From: Paramoeba atlantica
Lineage: Eukaryota; Protista; Discosea
Assembly: GCA_977017575.1 (NCBI GenBank)
Contig: CDRNVI010000140.1
Coordinates: forward strand, 62,001-126,000
Reading direction: 5' to 3'
Length of the DNA: 64,000 bases
Below the pieces are notes generated by a model, which worked only from the letters and a program-made list of their open reading frames with translations, did no database searches and had not been told where the DNA came from. Positions 1-10,209 of this stretch are shown in pieces. Position numbers and translations under genes: made by a program. The number at the start of each line of letters is the position of its first letter. Positions within the stretch are counted from its first letter, which is position 1.

Positions 1-324
1 AAAACACACAAGAAAAAGGATGTGGCGGAGAGATTAAATCATAGATAAATGTTACAGAACACAGGATTAATTGACATAAAGATTATATAAAATAAACAAA
101 TAAGATGGTGCAAAAATATTAAGGGAACAACTTGAATTCAGAGTGAGAACTGGGTGGGAAGAGCTCAGATGAGAGAGACAGGAATACATGCAGAATCAGA
201 ACAGTTTGTACAATCTTACAAATGTTCATCAGAGATATTCACACAACAGGGGAGCACAGTGGTGTACAAAGAGAAACAGATTAATTTGCACAACATGGAA
301 TCAGTTCACACCAGGATTCTGACA
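1..324 (-). repeat. Partial LTR (family LTR-1), inverted relative to the copies at 1021 and 6117; truncated by the window edge
   Basis: 1-324 is the reverse complement of ~1021-1344 and ends in CCAGGATTCTGACA, the complement of the LTR start TGTCAGAATCCTGG. Confidence 0.9.
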
Positions 325-325
325 A

Positions 326-505
326 TTTCTTGTTGACTCTGGTTGCTTGAACACTATTGTGACTTCTGAAGATAGAATAATGAATACTTGAAAACCTGAC
401 CCAATTGTTGCCATTTCACAAGCAAATGGTGAATTAATCCCTGTCTCTCTTGTGGGTGATTTAGAATTGGAGAAAAGTCTTCCCCCTATTGAGAATGTTT
501 CTTTA
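326..505 (+). pseudogene. Ty1/copia aspartic protease fragment
   Basis: Manual translation FLVDSGCLNTIV...ISQANGELIPVSLVGDL..LPPIENVS (one in-frame TGA) aligns with ALADSACSNTIV...IKQANGNLIPVTMQGDL..LPLQDVS in the copia ORF 25243-26094. Confidence 0.75.
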
Positions 506-1020
506 TCTTTTCAATCCCATTTTCAGAGACAAACCACAGGAAACACACAAAAAGAAAAAATGGGCAAAAAGCTTATCTCAAATATGGGTAATAGACCCTA
601 TTATTTAGACACCTAAATTTTGGTTATTTTTCATTTGCCCATTGGAGCTACAGCCTGTTGAGATGGTGAAAGCAATCCAATTCCTTATAGAGCAAAATGA
701 GAAATTGATGAGGCAGAATGAACATACTACAGTGAAAGAGATGGTTGGGAAGACTTTGTACAAGTCTCATGAGAGTCATCTCAAACTGGCTCTCAAGAAT
801 ATCAATTTCAAAGATCCATTGCAAGTTACTTGTTTCTGTGTTCAGGGTGAATGCAACTTGGAACAAGATGTTTGGCCCAACACACTTGAATTTGGAAGTC
901 AAATCAAACTTGCAATAACTCTCCCCACTGGTAGTTGGAATCTCTTAGGACTAAAGAAGGATGCTGGATTGCCAAGAGATATATTACTCACTCTGAATAG
1001 CTCTTTTGGGAGGCAGAATG

Positions 1021-1591
1021 TGTCAGAATCCTGGTGTGAACTGATTCCATGTTGTACAAATTAATTTGTTTCTCTTTATACACCACTGTGCTCCCCTGTT
1101 GTGTGAATATCCCTGATGAACATTTGTAAGACTATACAGACCATTCTGATTCTACATGTATTCCTGTCTCTCTCATCTGAGCTCTTCCCACCCAGTTCTC
1201 ACTTTGAATTCAAGTTGTTCCCTTAATATTTTCGCACCATCTTATTTGTTTATTTTATATAATCTTTATGTCAATTAATCCTGTGTTCTATAACATTTAT
1301 CTGTGATTTAATCTCTCCACCACATCCTTTTTCTTGTGTGTTTTTGTCTTTCATTCTGTTTTGCTTCTTGTCAATTCCACACTTGTTATATTTGTTGTCC
1401 CATATGAATACTCTTTTTGTTTGTTGGTAAAAGGAATAAACTTACTTGATTGGTTTCCCCTTGCGATGCACCACCAATCTTTTCCATGATTTGCTCTTGA
1501 CTTTTCTCTTTCTTTCTTTTCCCTTTCTTTCCTTTCCTTCTTTCCTTCACCTGCCCACTCTTTCCTTCTCCAAACTCCTGGCCACTTCACA
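1021..1591 (+). repeat. 5' LTR of LTR-1 element
   Basis: TGTCAGAATCC...GGCCACTTCACA; about 97% identical to 6117-6687. Confidence 0.95.
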
Positions 1592-1608
1592 GATTAAGAG
1601 TCTAGGCT
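1592..1608 (+). promoter_or_regulatory. Primer-binding site complementary to the anticodon arm of tRNA-Lys(CUU)
   Basis: GATTAAGAGTCTAGGCT abuts the LTR; its reverse complement AGCCTAGACTCTTAATC contains the tRNA-Lys anticodon loop GACTCTTAATC. Confidence 0.65.
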
Positions 1609-4600
1609 TCCGGCCTGAGTTTTGTTTTTTGAAAGTTTATCCTTCCTCCTCTTTCATCTTTGTTTTCTGGAAGCAGCGATTTCGAATCACTGTCCTCTCT
1701 GTTCTTTTTCATGTTTCTTTTCATGTGTTTTTTCTTTGTGTTGAAAACTCATTTTTCGTGTTTTGTTTTTTTGGGTCATGGTTATGGTTTTTGGCCAATT
1801 CTCGCGATTGTGATTCTGGCATTTGTGAATCTTGATTGTTTTCTCATTTGTTTGTTTTTGTTTTCTTGTTTTCTTCTTCATTGAGAAAGTCTATTTGTTG
1901 TTCTGTGAACTGAGCATCAAAATTGGAAACCATTTTTCAATTCCTGTTCTTTGTTTCAAACCAAGGAGATCAAGTTCTTTTGGTTTTGTTTTGAGTGAAG
2001 AAATTCTTCTCGGAAGATTTCTTTGCACCTCTGATCCTTGTTCTTGTACTTCTACACCTTAAGCCTGTTTGTTTTGTTTTCGGTCTCTTGTTTTTGTACT
2101 TTTGGATCGAGACTTTGTCCCTCATTGTCTCACTTTGCCCTTTACATTTTGTTCATTGCTCTTGATGATCATTCTGTCGTTTGTTCATCTTGTTGAATCT
2201 CTTGGTACGTTTATTTGTTGGTTTTGCTCCCGTCTTGAGATGTTTTCGATAATTCCTCATTTTATGAAGCGCATGTCTCATCTGTTTATTGTGTTCACGA
2301 CACATCTACAGTATTTTTGATCCTTCTTTTGTGGAATGTTTTTCCTGTTTGGATTTTATGTTTTGGACAACAATTTTGTCATTTTTGGTTTTATGGCTGC
2401 AATTAAGCTTTCCGTTTTGGTTTTTGGATCTTTCTTGTAGATGATCCTGGTTATTGATTTTTTGGCACTCTTGGCATGGATGATTGACATTTCTTTGTTT
2501 GTTTTCGTGATACAGAGCTGGTCATTCTCTTTTATCCCTCTCCTTTTGATTTATGTGGACGCACCATCTCTTCTATCCTCAGCGATCCCATTATCACTTA
2601 TTCTCCCCCCTTCTATCAGCCCTGACAAGGCATCAGCTTTTTAGCTTTCAGCTTACGATTTTATACCAGTGTGCACTGTTTTGAATTATATTTCTGGCAG
2701 CCATCTTTGACCTAGCACATGGTTTTTTGATAAGCACAGTTCTGATCACACTTGTTTTTGTTTTTCTCCTTATGTCATAGAAGATTCATGTTATTTTTCT
2801 CGTTTCTTGGAGATTATTCTTGTATTTGTCGATGTTTTTCTTTGCCTGTCATGACACTCTGTTTTGACTTTGTTCTTTGTTTTGTCCAACTGTTTTTTTG
2901 GTTCTATTCCTGTTTTATGGATTCTCTCTGCCTTTGATTCGCTCGAGACGATTTCTTGTTGATTTCCATGCTTCATTTTCGTTGGTAAATCAATTCAGTC
3001 CTCTTGCTCATTGTTTGTTTTGGTTATTTGTCTTTGGTTATGCTTTCAGAACAGCATATCATTTGGAATTAACATTCTTTTGCTGTTTGCACTTACACAG
3101 CACTGTTTCCTCATATAATCTTGACTTGAGTTTTGTTTGTCAACATTTCTCAATGCCTCTTCATGTTCCTCAATCTCTTCTTTGTGTTGGATATTGTGAT
3201 TGTTGATTCTATTCGAAAATTTTCATGATTCCTTCTGTTATTTCGATTGGTCTTTGTTGATGTTCGCCTCATGCTTACAAACTGCATTTTGATGATTACT
3301 TTATTGTTGATTTTGAGTTGAGCCCTGATCAAGCTTTCTCTCTTGATTCAATGAATGTTTGTTATCATTTGTATTGATTGAGTAATGGTTGTGTAGTTTT
3401 AATACTCATTTCTATCTCATTTTGGATTTGTGGATTTGTATTTTCGGATTTTTTTGTTCCTCAACTGCCACTTCTGATTGTGAATTTTATGATTGTGGAT
3501 TTGCCTGACTGGATTTATTCTTATGCTTGACAATTTCTCGTTTTGTTTTGTTTCCTCGAAGCTTGATTGGATTTTTCCCTCTGTCTTGATGATGTTCTTA
3601 AAAATTCCTGATATCTTCAAAGTAATTCTGGATTGAATTTGTACTTCTTGAATCTGAATGTACTCTGTTGTTAACCTCTTTGGATTTTTCACTTTGTTAT
3701 CTCAAATTCCCTGCCTGTGAATTTGAACTCTTATTTCTGATTGAATTCATCCCTGTGTTGATTTTATTGAAGAAATAATTGATTCCATCTCCTTGTTTTT
3801 CTTGTGACAATGTCATTCTGAATTTGTCATTCTTGGATTGATGCCTTGGGACGATTCTTCTTGTTCTTTTGTTTTTGGTTGATGATGGAAATTCTCCTGA
3901 TTTCCTTCCTTGCTTTGAAATTGTCGAATTTATACCTTCCCTTACCTTTTGTGATTTCGATTCTGGACTTTATTTTCACTTGGATTCCTCTCTCGGATAC
4001 TCCTACTTGAATTTTGAAACCCATTTTAGTGTTGGAAGGGTGTTCCATTAAAAAATTGTGTTTGTGTAATTTCGGATGTACCACCCCCAAAGCTGTTTTG
4101 ATTTTGGTTACTGCACTTTCCCTCAAGTTATGACCTTTCTAATTTGATCTGTTTGTTTTGAAGTTGACTTGATTGCTGATGCTTCTCTCTTATCATTGAT
4201 ACTCTCTGTTCTAAATTTCTTTTCTCTTTGAGAAACCTTGATTCACATTTTCCTCTGTCATAGTCTCATGTTTTTGTTTATTCTCTGGTAATGATGCTGA
4301 TTCTTGAATTTGATTTGTAGTGGCTCTATTTTCAGCAAGTTCCATTGAGCATCTTGCACCATTTACACCCTATCCTAATTATTGGTTGATTTATTGGAAT
4401 TAAGTCTTTTCTTGGTCTTTGATAAGTTGATTTTGGATTTCCTCTGTCGATTCGGTTTTGTGATTTGATGGTTAATACTCTCTCTTGTTTTGAAATGCCC
4501 TTATTGTGATGAGATCAAAATATCAAATTGGAAGAGAGCATTCATGTGACTCATGACTAATTTCTTGGCTTCACCTAAAAACATTTTGGTATTATTCGAT

Positions 4601-6105
4601 TTCCTTTGTTATTCCCCATAGTTTATTCTCATCAAATTATTGTTGTGCAATCTAATCTTTTGATCTGATTCTCGCTCTCCAATTCTCTCTTGTTTTATGG
4701 TTGATTGTGAATGTTGTTCCTTCTTCCTCTGTTTCGATGTTATCATCATTTTTGGAGATTGTTATCCCATTTCTTTCTGTTCTGCCTGCAATTTGATGAC
4801 TGCTTTTGTCTTTGCAATCCCTTAGACAATGCCCTCTGATGTTACTTTGCTTTTAAGACACCTGTTACCTTCAAAGGGAGTTCTCATGTCCTCTCTTTGT
4901 TCTTTTGTGACTCTATTACCTCGTCTTTGTTCTTTCAAGGGAGTTCTGAGTTTTATTTTCTCTAATTCTCTGAGTCTTTGTTTTTCTCACCCTTGCAATG
5001 GATTTTCACTGGCCCCATGACATTTTTCCTCGATGTTCTTCTTTCGGCTTGTATTCTTCTCACCTCTCTTCTCAAATCTCAATGCAATTGTAACATTTGT
5101 TGATTTGATCAACATTTATCTTTTGTGTGACAACATATTTGTTCCTACATACATGATGTGCGATTTATCTTTGAAAATTCATCCCCTGAATTTTGGAAAT
5201 GCATACCTGGAATGCTTTGCCTCTGAACCATGTTTTCAGCACTATTCTGGATGATCTTTTTTGTCTTTTTTGTTGTTGCTGCACTCCATTCCTGTTGCTC
5301 TCTGTCCAATGTTCTTCTCACCCATTCCTAATCATCTCTGAAGCTTGTGACACCTTGATAATTTCTGCTGGACTTTTGATTTCTTTGTCTCTATTGAAAT
5401 CATTTTTGATTTTCTACTCTCAATCTCACCGGTTCATCTTATGATGACTTGTTTTGCTTTTCTCTGAAAGATTCTTCTTTTCAACATCTTCAGCACCTTC
5501 CTCTCTCAATGATGAGTAAATGTAGCATACCCAGAGGAACTATGCAATAGTGATTCCTGTTGAACACTTATCCTTTCTCCCTTCCAATCCTCGCTCAATG
5601 ATGAGTGAACATAGCATTTCTGAGGATTCAATGCACCACCTGTGTCTCCAGTAGTGAACACAAATCCCTCTCTTCCTATTTCCTGCTGTTTTTGTTGGAT
5701 CGATTTCTCCTTTTCTGGGTTGTATTATTTTTGAATTCCTGAATTGAATTTTTCTGTCTTGTTCTCCATGTCCATGCCTTAAGTTCTCTGATTATTTCTT
5801 GTGCTCTCGTGTTGATCCTGCTTTTGCTTCAAAGTAATATGTTTTGGATTATTGATTGCTTCTGCACCAATTCCTTATGTTTTTCCATTCTGTTTGACTG
5901 ATATTTGTTCTTGTGATTTTGTGATTCATTTTGATTTCCTTGATGGCTTGATATTTGGTTCAATGATGGGTCTCTGTCTGTTCACCTCATCTTGATTTGC
6001 TGTGCTAAATGTAAATCCCACTTGTCTTGCTGCTTTGCTTTAATTGTTCTCGATTTCTGATGTGTTGTGAAATTCCTTCTTCTGATTTATGTGAAACATA
6101 TTCAT

Positions 6106-6116
6106 TTGGAAGGGTG
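6106..6116 (+). promoter_or_regulatory. Polypurine tract of LTR-1 element
   Basis: TTGGAAGGGTG immediately before the 3' LTR; compare GAAAGGGAG before the copia 3' LTR. Confidence 0.7.
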
Positions 6117-6687
6117 TGTCAGAATCCTGGTGTGAACTGATTCCATGTTGTGCAAATTAATCTGTTTCTCTTTGTACACCACTGTGCTCCCCTGTTGTGT
6201 GAATATCCCTGATGAACATTTGTAAGACTGTACAGACCATTCTGATTCTACATGTATTCCTGTCTCTCTCATCTGAGCTCTTCCCACCCAGTTCTCACTC
6301 TGAATTCAAGTTGTTTCCTTAATATTTTCGCACCATCTTATTTGTTTATTTTATATAATCTTTATGTCAATTAATCCTGTGTTCTGTAACATTTATCTGT
6401 GATTTAATCTCTCCACCACGTCCTTTTTTTTGTGTGTTTTTGTCTTTCATTCTGTTTTGCTTCTTGTCAATTCCACACTTGTTATATTTGTTGTCCCATA
6501 TGAATACTCCTTTTGTTTGTTGGTAAAAAGAATAAACTTACTTGGTTGGTTTCCCCTTGCGATGCGCTGCCAATCTTTCCCATGATTTGCTCTTGACTTT
6601 TCTCTTTCTTTCTTTTCCCTTTCTTTCCTTTTCTTCTTTCCTTCACCTGCCCACTCTTTCCTTCTCCAAACTCCTGGCCACTTCACA
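6117..6687 (+). repeat. 3' LTR of LTR-1 element
   Basis: Direct repeat of 1021-1591, followed by the TSD GAATG. Confidence 0.95.
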
Positions 6688-7380
6688 GAATGCAGTCCTT
6701 TCAGACAAAAAGAAATTCAACATTTTTCGAGTTCCTGATGAGAAGGTAACAGAAGACAATTTTCGACTTGTCACCTCTGAGTATATCCATCTTTTCTTGA
6801 AGGCAAAAGATACTGAATTGGACAAACTGGCTGTGAAGGAAGTGATGAAGGATTTTGGAAGAAGGTTTGAGAACCCAGCCTTTCAAGGAAAGTGGGACAA
6901 GTTGGCTGAGAAGGAAGAAATCTGGAATGAACTGATCCAAAATTTCTTAGAAGATATTGAGTTTACCCAAGTTGTAGTGAATCCTCAGGGTCTGAATAAA
7001 TTGTCTATGAGGAAAACAGACAAATACCAAAGGACAAAGAAAAGGCTGGGGAGGGGTCAAGAAAGATCCATTATCTGCTTCCTCATTATGGAATTTTTGT
7101 ATGGTGCCAACATGTCAATATTTGATTGGTTTTGTTTTAATTTAGAAGAAAAAGGGGTTTTTATTTCTAAATATGGAAGAGAAGTTTGAAAAAAAACCTT
7201 GAAATCAAAAAGACATTTGATTCTTTCAAGTGTATAAAAAATTGAATGTACAACTTTTAAAAAAGTGCTTTTTTAAAAACAAACTTCAGAGAACAATTTA
7301 ATTTTGAGCAAGCAAAAAGTAGAACCTTTCTCCTTCTTTTGTGGCATTGGTTTTGTTTTTGATTTGTTGAGAGAGTGAAG

Positions 7381-10209
7381 ATGAACAATTTGATTTTTGA
7401 GTTTGCCCAAGATGAGAATAGTCATGTTCATTTCAAGAAGGAAGAAAAAAGTCAAAAACAAAAACAAAAAAGTGAAAACCAAGGATCAGTCAAAAAAGTG
7501 GAGCAGGAACAAATGATCAAAACCCTTGAAAGAGACTTGTTTTGTGTTTTTTCAACATCAGGTTTCCCCAAGAACCCAGCAAATACCTTCTCATCTCATT
7601 TTTTCCAAGTTAAAGGGAAGATTGAGGCAATTCAAAACTTTCACAAAACTGCTTGTCATCTTGTTTATCAGAAGCTTGACACTCAAGTTCAATTGACTCT
7701 TAAAAACTTGCGATCTCAAAGTGACAGTTACTCATTTCCATTGAAAGAACAAATTTGTTTATTGAATATCAAAATTGAAAACAAAAAAAAGATGTGTTTT
7801 CTTCCTGAGATGTTGTCAGAAGAAGAAAAACAGTGTGAACTGCTTGCAATTGCTGAAGATGAAGAGTTAATTTTGTTTTTGAAGGACTTTCTCTTTGAAT
7901 TTGAAGCTGAAAATCGATATTTTGGAAGGTATTTGGAAGAAGAGTGAAGATTTTTGGAGAGTGGACAAAATATAAGCAAAAAAAATCAATTGCCTCCAAA
8001 CCCACCCCAAACCTTGAATGGACAAAAATGGTTGCTGAATATGATGAAAGCTTTTCGTGACCATGAAATGTTTGATGGAATGAAATTCCTTGAATTGTGG
8101 ATAAATTACATTGTTTTAAAGTGAAGCTTTTTTGAAACGAAATTTAAGACTGCAATGAATATTGTTGAAACTGTTCTTGATGAATTTGAGTCTGAAGTAA
8201 AAGAAGCTATTCAAATTCCACCACAACAGATGGCTTTTATTCTTGATAGCGCAAATATTTCTGTTAACAAGTATTGAATATTGGTAACTGCAGTTCAGCA
8301 ACATTTGAGTAGAACTAAATTTGAAGCCTTAAATTGTTTTTCTGAAGTGAAGGATGTTAAGAATGAAATTTAAAAACTTGAGCAGAAGGTCACCAACTTA
8401 TTTGAATTAAATGAAGATCATTCAAAGGAACAAAAAAATCAAGAAGTTGCTTGTTGTTGATTAGCTGTGGTGATTGACTGGATTTGTTGTTGTTTGGTAG
8501 GTGTTGATCAATGTAGTCCTGCAGCAATATGGAAACTTCATTTGGACACTCAAGAGATCTACAAGGGGAGAAACCAAGTTATTTTTTCTGTTCAACCTAT
8601 CGGTTTGCCTCTTTTCCATTTTACTTGTACTGCAACTAAAGGAAAAAAGAGGGGATTAAAAGAGAATCAGCAGTGGGCAAAAGATAGCTGCTATTTTGTT
8701 TTTTCTTTCCTTATCTTTCAAGGGAAAGAGGACATTTCTAGTTACTCAAAAGCAATTCCAAATCATGTTTTTTCAGATTTAATTCGATTTGAACATGATG
8801 GTTTACACTTTGAACTGCATCCTGAGAAGGTCAGTGGTACTTGGAAAAATCATGAATATTTACCAAAGTGCGATGAAGATGACTTGAAATGGATTGGAGG
8901 AATTTTATTTGAATGTAAAAGTGGTGACCAAAAGGAGTGGAGAGGGGGGCATCATTCACAAAGCAAAAGAAAATTTTCTTCTTTAACTAGTTCCCAAACA
9001 TGTTGTGGGGGGTGACATGGTGGTTTTCAGGAGGGAAAGTGGAAAGTGGTTGGAGGGATGCTAAGTGGCAATTGAAGAGATTTCAATGAAGACCTCAACT
9101 TGAAGATTAAGAATGTAGACCCAAAAGATTCTATTCTTTTATTGGATGCTGCTGGTGTAAGCTTAATGTACCATTATGTTTGTGGTTGGCAGATTCACAC
9201 TCTTCCACCAATCTTAGGCAATGAAGAAGACCCCACAATGTCACCAAAAGAATCTTTTTCGAGTACTCAATCTTGCAAACCTTTGACAAAAAAAAAATGT
9301 CACTGCTGTGTCTTTGTAATGTGTGGTGATCTCAAAAGTATGTGGGCACTGTTTGGATTTTGTTCTGGAATTTTTGGAAAAGAACAATATCCTTGTTGTA
9401 CAATTCAAAGGGTTGATCATTATGAAAAAGATGGTAAAATCGCATGGCAAGGGTACCAACCAGGTGATCCAATTCCTCTCTCTCCTTGTCTTCAATTCGT
9501 AATGTGTACTCTGCATGGTCTTCTTCAAATAATGGAATTTTCATTGGAGGTTCTCATTGCTGACTGTTGAAACAAAAATATTAAAACTGCTGGTAGCACC
9601 CCAACAATCACAATGGTCAAAAATGCATCTCAAATGAAACAAAAAGTTAATCATTCAAACTTTTGCTTGTATCATTCAATCAGTGGGAAAAAAGGAAGAG
9701 AGTTGGTTTCTGAGTTCAAAACTCAAATTCAAAATAAATTAAAGAAAAATAAGTGGGTGCCAGAAAAAGTATGCTCTTGGATTGGGGTTGGGGGGAGGTC
9801 TTAACAGAAATGCCATGATGAACTCAATCTCTTGCTTTTCTATCGATATTCTAACAAGAATACACAATTTCGAGAAGAGGAAAAATGGTTGGAAGGATTG
9901 AACAGCAAGTCATTGCAGGACAAATAGAAATCAAACTTTTGTAAGGAAAAGATATCAAAGAACTCATCTCATTCAATTTTGAGAATTGATTTAATAGCAA
10001 AGTGGTGGGCTGACTTTCAAGATTTCTCTTTACATTCATTCTCATCATTGAACTCACCTTTGTCTTCCTTACCCTCCTCATCTTCATCCTCTTCCTCTTC
10101 TTCTTTCTCTTCCTCTTCCTCTTCCTCTTCTTCTTCTTCACCTTCCTCTTTCCTTTTGTTGAAATCTCATCTAGAGGAAGAATATGAGAAAAGCTCCACA
10201 AAAGAATGA
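7381..10209 (+). pseudogene. DDE transposase, RAG1/Transib/Chapaev-like (degenerate)
   Basis: Largely one frame with TGA/TAA stops explicable as CGA/CAA transitions. Motifs: IPPQQMAFILDSANISVNKY*IL, WKLHLD (first Asp), FQGKED, CGDLKSMWALFG (second Asp), QYPCC, CTLHGLLQIME, SGKKGRELV. The third acidic residue is not securely placed (candidate LEGLN); the 3' end is approximate. Confidence 0.62.

Larger units (their letters stand above)
1021..6687 (+). mobile_element. Non-autonomous LTR retrotransposon (LTR-1 family, copia-associated), complete, 5667 bp
   Basis: 571-bp direct LTRs with TG...CA ends. 5-bp TSD GAATG at 1016-1020 and 6688-6692. PBS-like 1592-1608 and PPT 6106-6116. Removing it restores the host Gag frame (GRQN/AVLSDKK). 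No gag/pol motif seen inside. Confidence 0.92.

Noticed and set aside
19-336. Repeated 60-aa and 79-aa ORFs (MGRAQ..., MKWPG...) as a small protein family
   Set aside because: They recur only because they lie within copies of the LTR-1 LTR, and there is no independent evidence of coding function.
1446-5444. Hydrophobic Phe/Leu/Cys-rich plus-strand ORFs as membrane proteins
   Set aside because: They arise from T-rich composition, often start at TTG/GTG, overlap in several frames and show no family motif.
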